Source of the DNA: Octopus vulgaris
Taxonomy: Eukaryota
NCBI GenBank assembly: GCA_951406725.2
Contig: OX597825.1
Coordinates: 4,774,001 to 4,838,000, forward strand
Direction of reading: 5' to 3'
Length of the DNA stretch: 64,000 bases
In this document: positions 1 to 14,293 of the stretch, piece after piece
Layout: each line of letters begins with the position of its first letter
Numbering within the stretch: position 1 is the stretch's first letter
Position numbers and translations under genes: made by a program
The notes under the pieces: model-generated
The model's database searches: none
Told to the model about the DNA's origin: nothing
What the model saw: only the letters and a program-made list of their open reading frames with translations

Positions 1-17
1 ACATATATTTTGTCTAG

Positions 18-240
18 TATAGAGATAAGCGCTACTAACAGTTTCTGGCTGTGAAAACACATGATAGGCAGGTCTTTATAGCACTGCTTGTGTCTCCAAG
101 TAATCTTCGTGCTCCGAGTACACGGTCTGCTCAAGAACCGGTAGATTGCTTGGAGGCACAAGATACATTATAAAAATTTGCCTAGACACGTGTCTTCACA
201 GCAAGAAACTGTTTGTTGATTAGTAGCTATTATCGCTATA
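18..240. mobile_element. MITE-like element with imperfect terminal inverted repeats (copy 1)
   Basis: Left end tatagagataagcgctactaa...gctgtgaaaacac matches the reverse complement of the right end (gtgtcttcacagc...ttagtagctattatcgctata). Non-coding, TA at both ends. A related copy lies at 1872-2060. Confidence 0.6.
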
Positions 241-338
241 CCCTGTACATTAAATAATATCTATCACTGAATGGAGTACCTTCTTGTTGATCGAATGTTA
301 ACGGAACAGTAAACTCCGTGTGTGTGTGTATGTGAGTT

Positions 339-375
<37 letters not shown>

Positions 376-1288
376 ATAGATGGATAGATAGACAGATAGA
401 CAGACAGACAGACACATTCACTCTCACTCAAGGTTCTAGGGCCCTTAAGAATGACTTTGATTTGTAGACGTGCCTCTTTAGGCAGCAGCTAAATTGCGTG
501 TTTGCCAAACGGGAAGTAATCAGACCAAAATACCATAACATCAAAACCAATAAGTCTTACTTTTATACCTTCATATATAAACGTATGTGATAGACCTAGA
601 CTCCTCAACCTCACCATCACCACTTTTCCCAGCCATGTACACATTTATACATACGTGTATGAGTGCGTGTGGATATGCCCAAACGTGCGTGAATGCACGT
701 TCCCATCTGTTCTCCACTCTCTCTCTTCTCACTCTTCTCCTCTTAACATTATTCTACTATCTCACCTTCTTTCACCTTCTGTTCTCCTATATCACCTTGC
801 TTATTGAATAATGTCCATAAATAGACCATATAAAGGCTTTCAGCGCACACCATTTAGTATTTTTAGCTGTAATACAGAGCAAGCCTATCAAATGGTTTGC
901 GGAAATGCACGTATGTTACATGAAGTTTTAAAATACCAATTATATTGTCTCTGTTTTCGGTATTTCCCATTCCTACGTGGCTCGAACTCCGCATGCTAGC
1001 TTCTCCCGTGATTTGATGATAGCCTTCACACCATATGGAATAAAAGCGTAGAGTGTGAAACAGATTAACGCCTCCACATTATTTGGTAATGTGTCGTGCT
1101 TTGCAGCCCACTTTTAAATTGTACGCGTATGTAAATATTTATATTTGGTACTAATGAGCACCACTTTTGCTAGAAATAAGAGTCAAAGCAACTCAATAGC
1201 CATGGTGCTGGTTACAGCCTTTTGTGACTTTAGTGACGTCTACATTTCTACCGTTAGGTTGCACGATTGCGAATAAGCCACCCATATT

Positions 1289-1420
1289 CTTTTCTACTCT
1301 AAGCACAAGGCCCGAAATTTTGGAGGAGGGAGCCAGTCGATTAGATCGACCCCAGTATGCAACTGGTGCTTAATTTATCGAGCCCGAAAGGATGAAAGGT
1401 AAAGCCAACTCGCCTCATTA
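1289..1420 (-). mobile_element. Internally deleted tRNA-derived SINE (family A) with target site duplication (TSD)
   Basis: Family A core (cctttcatcctttcgggctcgataaattaagcacc on minus strand). Flanked by aagccacccatatt (1275-1288) and aagccacctatatt (1421-1434). Confidence 0.8.
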
Positions 1421-1782
1421 AAGCCACCTATATTATATATATATATTATATATATATATATAATATATAATATATATTATAACGGCCTATCAAAAAGTTG
1501 AATATACTCGACTAAAAATTCATAAACTAGCAAAAAACCTAATAGACAAATATAAAATAAAATAAAGGTAAAAGTAAAATAAAATAAAATAAAGTAAAAT
1601 AAATGTCCACCACTAAAAAAGTTTTACCGGATGATTATAAATGTGTATGCATGTATGTGTAGATCTATATAAGTATATATGCACGCATACATGGGTGTTT
1701 GCACGTTTGTATGCAGGACTTTTATCTCATGTGTTTGGGTGTAAACATATCAAAAGTGTTTTTAAAGTTAGAGATAATGTGT

Positions 1783-1816
<34 letters not shown>

Positions 1817-1871
1817 GACAGAGACAGAGGGAGAGAGAGTGTGTGTGTAGATATGTAGAGAGAGAGATATA

Positions 1872-2060
1872 TATAAGAGCTACTAATAATTTTTGCTGTG
1901 AAGACACGTGTCTAGGCAAATTTTATAACGCACAGTGCATCTCCAACTACTTCCCAGGCTCTGATCACACCGTGTGCTCTGGTCTGCTTGAAGATAGTTT
2001 GGAAACACAAGTCGCGTTGTAAGAACCAGCCTAAATACGTGTCTCCACGGCAAGAAACGA
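1872..2060. mobile_element. MITE-like element (copy 2, inverted relative to 18-240)
   Basis: gctgtgaagacacgtgtctaggcaaattttataa matches the reverse complement of the right arm of 18-240. Internal sequence is also related. Confidence 0.55.
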
Positions 2061-3399
2061 CATATTCACTTACTGTCATATTTTATTATAACATTTTATT
2101 TACTATTCCTTCATCTTTCTTTTCTTTATACCCGTTAACAGACTTCCACTTAGTTCAGCCGTGCTCCTTAAATATACTCCTTTATTGAAATTACCCAACT
2201 TCTTATTTTGCTCCCTCTCCTAAAATCCCTTTCTTCTTTCAAGGATTTTTCCTCCCTTTATCATCACATCCATCATTTCTATTTTCCTCGAGTTGTATCG
2301 ATCCATTCTCCCGAAAATTATGTCTCTCTCTCTATCTTATCTCGCCTTATTTACACACTTATATTCCATCGTTTTCATGTAGTAACACATAACCTGCGGC
2401 TGTATTATCCTTCTGTGATATGACAGCTATTCTTTGTCTCAATACTAACTTTGAAATACTGCAAACAAAATGGAAGCGTGAACCATCGATTCCTTGCGGA
2501 AGTGCTGTTAAGTAGACTGGGTGTCACTTTGAAATCAAATTGTGCCTAAAAGCTCGGTTTTTATTCTCTCAGTTCAAATATTGAAGAGAATTTAACAAAG
2601 ACTTTTACGGTTTTTAGATGAAAGTCCAAGATCATAATACAGTTCTGTGAATCAGACGGAGAGAGGAGGATAGAAAGAGAGAAAGTGAGAGAGAGAGAAA
2701 AAAAGGGGAAAGAGGGAAAGATAGAAATAAGTAATTGGAGGCAAAGAGACATAGGAAGGGAGAGAGAGGGAGAGGAAATGAGAAAGAGAAAGAGGCAGGG
2801 TGATAAGAATAGAGAAAGTAAGAGATAGAAGGAGGGAGGAAGGAGAGAAAGTAAGGGAGTGAGAGAGACTGAGACAGCGATTGAGAAAGATATAGTGAGA
2901 GTAAGAGAATGAAAATGAAAGAGAGAAACAGAGAGAGGGGAAAGAGAGAGGATGGGAGAAGGAGAGAAGGAGAAAAAAGAGAGAGGAAGAAAGCAGGAGA
3001 AAGAGAGAGAGAGATATATATACATAGGAAGCTCTGAATTTGATTAAATCATATTTTGGTAATTATAGTTTAGCATTGTCTGGAAAATACATTGCCTTTC
3101 AATTCTAGCACAAGGAGAGGAACTTTGAAAGTTGATGGGGTTGGTGAGGATATTCATTCAAGTGCTCGACTGGTACTTACTTTCTCGAACCCTAAAGGAT
3201 GAAAATCCAACTCAAACTAGGCGGAATTTTTACTCAGAACGTATAGAAACGGAAGACATGATAAAGAAATAGATATGTGAGCTTTCAAATAAACAATAAA
3301 GATTGTCAAGATGTAATAATGGCGCGAAATGAGCAGCTGTCAAAGTTTACCGTATACCTTACAACAAATTTCATACTTGACGACCTAATTAATACATAC

Positions 3400-3454
<55 letters not shown>

Positions 3455-3719
3455 CTTATCCCTGATCCCTGTATTATGGACATGCCCTCTCCCTTCCAGT
3501 TCCACACACCTCTGTAAGTTATTATAATAGATTCGTGAGAGCAGAGTCATTATAAGTGATTGTTGCCCTGCTAGAAATTACATGCAAAACACCTTAAAAT
3601 CGTATCTAACATTTGTAACAAAGACACAGAAAAACTGGATGGACGTCGTTAGAAATATATAAAAGAGGATTTTAGGCTCAAACACAAAGACATCTTTTTT
3701 TTCACTCGACTTATACAAG

Positions 3720-5136
<1,417 letters not shown>

Positions 5137-5332
5137 AAGAAGCTGTTATTGACAGAGTGTGTACTTTTAGCCTATAGTCATGAATCACCATTACTTATTA
5201 TTGATCTGATATTTCTAACATGTTTTCACCTTTGACATCAGGTCAAATGTCACTCATTACTCACGCTCTCTCTCACCCGCTCACAATATCTATCATGTTC
5301 GTCTTCAGAATATAATATTTATGATGTTCATC

Positions 5333-5335
5333 GTG

Positions 5336-5367
<32 letters not shown>

Positions 5368-5845
5368 TGTGGTGGTGGTGGTGGAAGTGTTGCGGTGGTG
5401 GTAGTGGTCGTTGTGGCGGTGGCGGTGCAGTGGGTGGTGGTGGTGGTGGAAGTGTTTGTTTGTTGGTGATAATGTTAGCGATGCCAGTGTTAGTAGAGGC
5501 AGTATGGGTGGTAGTTTTTAGTGGTCTATGAATGGTGATGCTAATGGTATTGTTGTTGTCACTGCTGCTTGCTTTTTTGCGATTTGTTGTTATTTGTGTA
5601 GATAGTGGTGCTGTTGACGCAGGTTGTGGTGGTGGTGTTGCTCATGATGTTTGATGCTGGTGGTGATACTGCTGCTGCTAATGAAAGTTCTGGTGTCGAT
5701 GATGCTGGTGGTGGTGGGTGGTGCTGGTGGTGGTGGAGGTGGTGGTGGTGGTGGTATTGCTGGTGGTGGTGGTGGTGGTGCTTGTGGTGTTGGCTGTGCT
5801 GCTGCTGCCTCTGCTGCTGCTGATGATGATGCTGATAGTGCAGGC

Positions 5846-5878
<33 letters not shown>

Positions 5879-6440
5879 GGTGGCCCGAAATAGTGGTGAT
5901 GCCACCGCTGCTACTACTACTGATGTCGGTGTCGGTGCTAGTGTTACTGGTGGTAGTAGCGGTGTTAGTAGTGTTAGTGTCTGTGTTATTGTTTTCTGCT
6001 ATCTGCGTCCGTATGTCCTTAGTTCCATTACTAAAGGAATAGGTGGGTGTTGGTATGGCGTGTTGGTGGTGAGGGTGGTGGTGGTGGTTGTACTAGTGCC
6101 TGTGTGGGTTTGGTTTTAGTGGTCTTAGGAATATACTGTAGAAAGTGGTAACAGTGTTACTATGGTTACTGGTCTTGGTGGTGTTTGTGGTTCTTTTATC
6201 TGTGTCAGGAGTTTTACGAGTCAATTCTATTGTTGGTGATGTTGTTGGTTGTGGTGGTCGTGGTGGTGGTAGTCGTCATGGTGATCGTAGTGGTGTTTGT
6301 GGTGTTGATGATGTTGGTGGTGGTCGTGGTGATCGTGGTGGTTGATGGTGGTAGTGGTGGTCGTGGTCGTGTTGGCGGTGATATTGTTGGTGATGTTGTT
6401 GGTTGTCTTGTTGGTGGTGATGGTTGTGGCGGTGGTGTTA
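5333..6440. repeat. Degenerate (GGT/GTT/GCT/GAT)n trinucleotide low-complexity tract
   Basis: Visible G/T-rich triplet repeats. ORFs are poly-V/G/P/T. Confidence 0.9.
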
Positions 6441-6565
6441 GTTTCACTATTCGATAAAATAAGTACCAGTTGCGTACTGCGGTCAATGTAATTGACTTAT
6501 CCCTTTCCCCGAAGTTGTTAGCCTTATGGCAAAATTTGAAACCAATATTAGTGTTGTCTTAGTAA

Positions 6566-6862
6566 AAGACCCCTTCGATCATGAGTGACTGTGGGATTAC
6601 ACCTAGAAAGTTACACTCCGATGCACAAATCCGGCAAAAGACCAACAGTCACCAATGTATTCCAGTCTCCCTTCTCTATGCCACTGATGTTATCGAAGGG
6701 AAGGCAGAGGCCGATACAGCTTGGCATCAGTGGCATCGCCATTCATTTCTGAGTGAACTGGAACAACGTGAAAATAAAGCATTTTGCTCAAGAACACAAG
6801 CCACAGCCCGATCCGGGAATAGAACTCGTGACTGTGAGCCCCACTCGCTAACCTCTGAGTCA
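6566..6862 (-). mobile_element. tRNA-derived SINE (family D; CORE-like plus Ceph-like central region)
   Basis: Minus strand has a tRNA-like head (gttagcgagt...gagttctattccc), then gtgttcttgagcaaaatgctttatt, then aagctgtatcggcc...gtaactttctaggtg. Second copy at 20690-20965. Domain names are from recall of cephalopod SINEs. Confidence 0.7.
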
Positions 6863-6886
6863 TATTTTAATTATAGCTGCAATACC

Positions 6887-7112
6887 CATTTCTTTACTAC
6901 CCACAAGGGGCTAAATACACAAACAAGGACAGACAAACGGATTAAGTCGATTACATCGACCCCAGTTCGTAACTGGTATTTTATTTATCGACCCCGAAAG
7001 GATGAAAGGCAAAATCGACCTCGGCGGAATTTGAACTCAGAACGTAACGGCAGACGAAATACGGCTACGCATTTCGTCCGGCGTGCTAACGTTTCTGCCA
7101 GCTCGCCGCCTT
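6887..7112 (-). mobile_element. Full-length tRNA-derived SINE (family A) with TSD
   Basis: Head aaggcggcgagctggcagaaacgttagc, B-box gagttcaaattcc, core gcctttcatcctttcggggtcgataaa, tail agccccttgtgggtagtaaagaaat. TSD agctgcaatacc (6875-6886) / agctgtaatacc (7120-7131). Confidence 0.9.
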
Positions 7113-7913
7113 CTGTAAAAGCTGTAATACCACCCCTGTTGTATTGTTAGTGGTATAGTGGTAACTTTGGTTTCAGTGTTAGAGCTGTTTTGGTGGCATT
7201 TGAACTCAAGACGTAAAGACGAAGGTGTCTTTAGTTTCAGAAATGTTACGAACATTAGCGCCGCTGCTAATGATAGTGTTGATAATATTGTTATTGGTGT
7301 TGTTGATGGTATTGGTTATCGTGATGGTGGGGATGTTGGTGTTATTGGTGATGTTTTGGTATTAAAGATCTCAGCGGTAGCTTATTGCTGATATTTGTGT
7401 GTGCTGATGTAAGCTATTTCTAGCGTTATCGCTGGTGTTGAAATTAATGGTTAATGGTGTTGCAGTTCCTTAGCTCCAGGCCATCGCTAATCAAACCTAT
7501 TTATGATGAAAGACGTCCAACACAAGACCGCCCAACGTTATGTTCATACATAGTGTATATCTTCAAGAAACGAGAAATTACACTGAAGTAATTAACTACA
7601 AGAAACTCGACGGATCTTTTAATTCTGTCTCCAACGGCTCGCTCTCATACAGGAAACAGATATCAAATTTTGTACATCTCCGTCTTCATTTCCCCTCACT
7701 AAATATACCCATCGATGGGCCCAAGAACAGAGGGAGCACAAGGTGCAAACACACCTGCCGAAATTTTTCAGAGGGGCAAATTTATTTTCTCAGGTTTAGA
7801 AAGCAGTTTCTGGAGTTTCTTTTCTTTTTGACTTTTTCAATAGTATTCTACTTTGCCTTTTGGGGTTCAAATGCGATTTCTGGCATCTTGTTTTGCATCT
7901 CTTTCTATACTCT

Positions 7914-7944
<31 letters not shown>

Positions 7945-7967
7945 GTGTGTGTGTACATACATAAACA

Positions 7968-8021
<54 letters not shown>

Positions 8022-8024
<3 letters not shown>

Positions 8025-8282
8025 TGTAGGCGTAGCTGTGTGGTAAGAAGCTTGCTCCCCTACCACATGGCTCCGGGTTCAGTCTCACTGCATGGCACCT
8101 TGGGCAAGTGGATTTGGTAAACGACAACCGATTACTACGACCCCAGTGCGTAACTGGTACTTAATCGACCCCGAAAGGTTGAAAGGCAAAGTCGACCTCG
8201 GCAGAATTTGAACTCACACCGTAACGACAGACGAAATACCGCTAAGCATTTCGCCCGGCGCGGTAACGTTTCTGCCAGCTCT
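8022..8282. mobile_element. Family B SINE 5' fragment (+) joined to a family A SINE fragment (-)
   Basis: gcgtagctgtgtggtaagaagcttgc...ccttgggcaagtg followed by the reverse complement of the family A head and core. Confidence 0.8.
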
Positions 8283-9148
8283 CTCTGCAAACAAACCGCC
8301 ACAGTCCAAAGAAGATCATTGACACACATAAAATACGACGTCAGTCTCCATTCGGCGCCACTAAATAACGCTCGCTGGGCCTGCTTCATACTATGTCCCA
8401 CTAAAGCTTTAAAATGGTTGCCCGTATAATCTAGTTACTGAGTTAACCAGGCCAGAAGCATACGATAATTGCGATAAGCGATAAATCCCTTAGCCTACCA
8501 ATGTTCCATAAACAAACTACATTACTACTGAATGAAAGTACTTTAACATATTATAAACGAACGAAAATATTTTTTATTCGCTTCTTTAGTTGCTGTTGTT
8601 GTTTGCTCGTAAATTTGAAGTCGCTGTGGATACTTGTGTTGTTGTTGTTGTTGTTGTTGTTATAATATAAACCTCCCAAGAGGTTATCTTTGATAGTCTA
8701 CAACAGTGTTTATTTATCTACTTCCACTTACCTGCTTCCTGTCTGGCTTACCTTTCAAACTCAGCACGTTTATGCCACATCGCATGAACTGTGACTACCT
8801 ATTCATACGCCTGTAGCCCTGACCGTCTGCTATCCCAGTCCGCCTCCATATCTCTCTGTTTATCTACTAAATCTTGCATCGGCGCTAAGTAATGTCTTGT
8901 TTTCTTTCCTACCCCCCACCCTTCGCCTTTTATCTCCCTCTCTTTCACTCGCTCTGTTTCTTCCTCTCTCTTTTTTCTGTTTGTATAAGCATAAATATAT
9001 TTATATATGCGGGCAAACACACATTTGTGCGTGCGTGTGTGTTTATTTTATATTGACACATACACTCAAATACACACACACACATACATACACACATATA
9101 CATACATGCATACATACATACATACACACAAACACACACACACGCACA

Positions 9149-9181
<33 letters not shown>

Positions 9182-9193
9182 ATATATATATAT

Positions 9194-9577
9194 ACTCTTT
9201 TACTTGTTTCAGCCATTTGACTGCGGCCATGCTGGAGCACCGCTTTTAGTCGAGCAAATCGACCCCGGGACTTATTTTTTGTAAGCCCAGTACTTATTCA
9301 TCGGTCTCTTTTGCCGAACCGCTAAGTAACGGGGACATAAACACACCAGCATCGGTTGTCAAGCAATGCTAGGGGGACAAACACAGACACACAAACGCAC
9401 ATATATATATATACATATACGACAGGCTTCTTTCAGTTTCCGTCTACCAAATCCACTCACAAGGCATTGGTCGATCCGGGGCTATAGCAGAAGACACTTG
9501 CCCAAGATGCCACGCAGTGGGACTGAACCCGGAACCATGTGGTTGGTTAGCAAGCTACTTACCACACAGCCACTCCT
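9194..9577 (-). mobile_element. Full-length tRNA-derived SINE (family B) with internal microsatellite
   Basis: Head aggagtggctgtgtggtaagtagc with B-box-like gggttcagtccc, then cttgggcaagtgtct, internal (TA)/(TG) tract, and tail catggccgcagtcaaatggctgaaacaagtaaaagagt. Confidence 0.9.
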
Positions 9578-9590
9578 ATATATATATTCC

Positions 9591-9752
9591 ACGGCTTCTT
9601 TCAGTTACCGTCTACCAAATCCACTCACACAGCTTTAATCGGCCCAAGGCTATAGTAGACGACTAGGAGGCATTTGCTCAAGGTGCCACGCAGTGGGACT
9701 GAACCCGGAACCATGTTGGGAAGCAAGCTTCTTATCACACACCCACTTGTCC
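9591..9752 (-). mobile_element. Family B SINE 5' half
   Basis: Homologous to 9424-9577. Confidence 0.8.
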
Positions 9753-10294
9753 TCCTATGTAATAAAAAATACACTGCACGCATACACACACATATATAAA
9801 TACATATGCCCACATTTAAATATAAATGCATGTTCATATATTTGCCTGTGCGTTTGTGTGTGTGTTTCTAAAGGACCGCGTGTTTGTCATGTGTCATCAC
9901 TGACAGTTAGGCATCCACCCACCATTGCAACACCTGCAGGATATTCATCAGAACTGCATAAAAGAAAAGAAGAAATAAACTATGCCTTCTAGCATCATGT
10001 TGCCTGCAGACACTTTCACCAACTGAATTTCAGTCAAGCTTTCGTAGATTCTCGAACACTTTTATCGGTTTCTTTCAACAAAGCTGTTTCGGTAATACAT
10101 ACCGCAACAACTAAACAAATAGCTGAATAGATAAGATGAAGTACAAACAACAACAACAACAAAAAAAACGTTTGAACCAATGTGGGTTTTATGCGTTCAC
10201 ATATAAATATTACTAAAAATATGAATCTAATCTCTCAAGCTACATACTCTACTTTGGAAAAAGAAAGCCATTCCGAATGGCGCTGTTTGAGATA

Positions 10295-10558
10295 CTGGTA
10301 CTCCATCGGTTACGACGAAGAAGATTCCAGCTGATCTGAGCAGTGCAACAGCCTGCGCGTGAAATTAACGTGCAAGTGGCTGAGCATTCCGCAGACAGGT
10401 GTACCCTTAACGTAGTTCTTGGGGTGATTCAACGTGACACAGAGTGTGACAAGGCTGGCCCTTTTTTGAAATACAGGTACTACTCATTTTTGCCAACTGA
10501 GTCGACTGGAGCAATATGAAATAAAGTGTCTTGCTCAAGGACACAACACGTCGCCGGT
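10295..10558 (-). mobile_element. tRNA-derived SINE (family C)
   Basis: Reverse complement of the 32033-32305 element (gtgtccttgagcaagacacttta, cagttggcaaaaatgagta, gccagccttgtcacac). Confidence 0.8.
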
Positions 10559-10619
10559 GGTAACTAAAATATCTTTGACCACAGAAAAGAGAGAAAGGGT
10601 TTTCTGTTTGACGAAAGAA

Positions 10620-11700
10620 ATTATTATCGGTTTCAAATTTTGGCACAAGGTCAGTAATTTGGGAGACGGGGCTATGTCGATTACGTCAACCCCAGCATTT
10701 CAGTGTTATTTATTTTATCGACCCTGAAAGGATGAAATGCGAACGATTCTGCCGGTTCAGCACCTTCGAAGGGAGCTGTGATTAATAAATATATAAGGAC
10801 GACGAGCTGAAAGAATCGTTAATATGTTGTCTTTACGTTCTGAGTTCAAATTCCGCCGTGGTTGACTCTCAGAGTCGATTGAATAAGAACCAGTTGTGTA
10901 TTGGGGCTGATATAATCGACTAAATCTTCGCCCCAAATTTCAGGTTTTTGCCTTTAGTAGAAAGGATAATTATTAAATATTTAAGAAGGGGGTGACCTGG
11001 CACAATCGTTAGTTAGCACGCCGGGCAAATTACTTCTCACATTTACGTTCTCACTTCAAATTCCGCTGAGGTCTACTTTGCCTTTCATATTTTTCAGGTC
11101 GATAAAATAAGTACCTGCGGAGCAGTGGCGTCGTTGTAAACGATTTACCCCCTCCTCCGTACTTACTCGCTTTGTGCCAAAGTTTAAAACCATTATTAAT
11201 CGATATTTCCATTACGTTTGAGATTTCGAATCTCAGGATGGCAGCTGGATATTTGGCAACGTAAGAGATAGTTTTCGAAAACGAAATACCGTCTCAGATA
11301 AGTACTTCTATAAACGGTAGGTCTGTCCGAGGAAGAATGACCTCGGGTTGAAAAATCCTTTCTGCAATAAGCAGAAGGCTTGGAATTTTGTGTGAGAGGC
11401 TAGATGATGACATCGATCCTTGCACTTACTTCATTTACCCCGTGGGAATGAATGGCAAAATCGACCTCAGCAGAATTTGAACTCAGAGCAAGTTGCTAAG
11501 CATTTTGCCTGGCATGCTAACAATTTCTGGTGAGGGGTTAAGTCTATTACGTCAACACCAGTATTCAACTGGTAGTTATTTTATCGACTCCAAAAAGCTG
11601 AGAGGCAAAGTTGTCCTCGGCGGAATTTGAACTCAGAACTTAAAGACAGACGAATTGTCGCTAAGCATTCTAAGCGATTCTACCAGATTGCTGCCTTAAT
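10620..11700. mobile_element. Cluster of about five degenerate family A SINE copies in both orientations
   Basis: Approximate copies: 10620-10745(-), 10795-10970(+), 10985-11195(+), 11370-11525(-), 11525-11700(-). Each has the gagttcaaattccgc and/or ttttatcgac...gatgaaa motifs. Confidence 0.75.
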
Positions 11701-12209
11701 CTGGGATTAAGGATAACATAACAACATTAAAAAAAAACTTGGTTTTGCTGCCTGTCTTCGTTTCGAATTTCCAACGGAACAGACATAACAAAGCATAATC
11801 TGATCTCCTTTTCACATCTTAATTTGTACCAAATACCTAAATGCGAAAATAACTGCATGTCGCTCTAACCCAAGAACGTGTTCCAGTCTATTATTGTTCA
11901 TCCACGCCATACTCTCAGCTTTCTTTTTCTTCTCTCGACAAAAACCTATGCCAATCTATAGAATTACGTATATGAGATGGTATTTCATTCTCGAGAAAGA
12001 CATGTCTAACATTGCCAAGTATCCAGATACCGTTTTGAAATTGGAAATCTCAAACGTAATGGATGTATCTATTAAAAATAACTTCATTCCTTAATTACAA
12101 CTCTCTCTCTCTTTCTATCTCTTTGTCATTCTCTCTCCCTTCTCTCTTTCTCCCTTCTCTATCTATATATCTATCTATATATCTATCTATCTCTCTCTCT
12201 CTCTCTCTC

Positions 12210-12245
<36 letters not shown>

Positions 12246-12355
12246 TATATACATATATATGTGTGTGTGTGTGTGTGAATATATGTATATATAGATATAT
12301 TTACATATTTGTATGTCTATAGATGTGTAGATGTATGTATGCATCTATAAGTATA

Positions 12356-12398
<43 letters not shown>

Positions 12399-12410
12399 TA
12401 ATTTAATATA

Positions 12411-12538
<128 letters not shown>

Positions 12539-12849
12539 CAGACAGACAGACAGGCAGACAGAGAAGATATGTACGGAAGAATTAGCTTGGCAGACATTAA
12601 AGAGAGAAGACAAAACTAATCCGCAAATACAAATCACGTGTTTCCATAACAGACTTCATATCTATTCCACCCGTTTCTCTTCTTCTCATAACTTCCTTCA
12701 TATTACGTCTCATTGAAGCCCTTCCTGTTTTTTTCGACCTCTTACCTCTGCTTACCCTGCTCCCCATCCCAGACTTCAATCCTTGCTTCTGCTCCTCCTT
12801 TATCTTCTATTCCCTCTCTCCTCTTCAAAGTTTCAGTTTCTTCGTCACA

Positions 12850-13055
12850 TTTATTTTATGTCTTTACATTATTCACATTATTTACATTGGACGGATATGT
12901 GTCATCTACACTTTGTTTGTTGTTACCATCATGTTTCGGCTGATGTACTCTCCAGCCTTTATCAGGTGCCCTGGTAGAATTTTGAACCCCACCCTGGGTT
13001 CTCATTCCTATGGTATTTTTGCTGCTGTTATTAATGTTATTATTTTTTTTTATTA

Positions 13056-13108
<53 letters not shown>

Positions 13109-13130
13109 ATTATTATTATTATTATTATTC
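12850..13130 (-). mobile_element. Older copy of the HHR-bearing SINE/Penelope-like family seen at 58153-58467
   Basis: tgtttcggctgatgtactctccagcctttatcaggtg and ttctcattccta..gtatt align with 58251-58330. Internal (TTA)n is expanded and no tRNA head is recognisable. Confidence 0.7.
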
Positions 13131-13739
13131 AGTAGAATATTGTACACAATGCCTTGTGGTATTTTTATTTACTCCTCTTTACGTTTAGATTTCTAGTCCC
13201 ATGAAACTAAGCTTCCACCTGCACATACATACGTGTGTATGTGTGGCGCATCATTATTTAAATGTCCCCATTTCATCAGCAAAAACGAAATATGCTGCAT
13301 GGTCTGAGAATCGAACCTACAACTTTAGGATAGAAACTTACCCTCCTAACCACTGGCCCACGCCACTACACTTAGCAACCGGATAGCCGTAGTAATTTTG
13401 AACATGTTCTCTGGTTGCATGTCATTAATCTAATCAATGTAGATACGTCACTCTGCAATGACGTCTTTTAATTATCTTGCTGTTACTGGTTATGAACCAG
13501 AAAGATAGAAGATGTTTAATTACATCTAAGCACCTCCTGACCCTGACCACTCGTGCGGGTATGTAATAGGACGTCTATTAATTGTTTATGGATGTTAGAT
13601 GAAAGTTAGTTTCTTGGTGGTGTGACAACTAACATAGAAGTCAATTGCCTGTGTTCATGAAATTTAGTCAAATTTCAAATGCGTCTATTTGGGATTGAAC
13701 ACCGAGTGAAAAAACTCTGCAGTACTCCCTTCTACATAC

Positions 13740-13810
<71 letters not shown>

Positions 13811-13955
13811 CAGTGGCGGCGGCAGTGGCGGCGGCAGTGGCGGCGGCAGTGGCGGCGGCAGTGGCGGCGGTGGTGGTGGTGGTGGTGGTGGTGGTGGTGT
13901 CGGTGGTGGTGGTGGTGGCGGTGGTGGTGGTGGTGGTGGTGGTGGTGGTGGTGGA
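13740..13955. repeat. (GTA)n, then 12-bp unit (gtggcggcggca)n, then (GGT)n
   Basis: Directly visible. Confidence 0.95.
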
Positions 13956-14228
13956 GGCAGCGACGGCAGCTGCAGTGGTTGCTGTTGATATTTCATGGTG
14001 TGTCGTGTTTTTTTTTAATCGGTTTTATCAAAAATCAAAAATAAAAGTGATGAGAGTTGATGTTGATATTTGTTGTTAAGGTCTCAACAGCTACGATACA
14101 GGGTCATAAGGGACACCAGCTGAAGGGCTTATTACAGATCACTCTGCGCGAGTGTGTGTGTGTTTGTGTATCTGTGTGTGTATATATACATACATACATA
14201 CAAATATATATATATATATGTATGTATG

Positions 14229-14293
<65 letters not shown>

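Noticed and set aside
5590-6486. Pro/Gly/Thr-rich ORFs resembling low-complexity proteins
   Set aside because: Degenerate triplet repeats open in several frames on both strands, with no domain or convincing splice sites.
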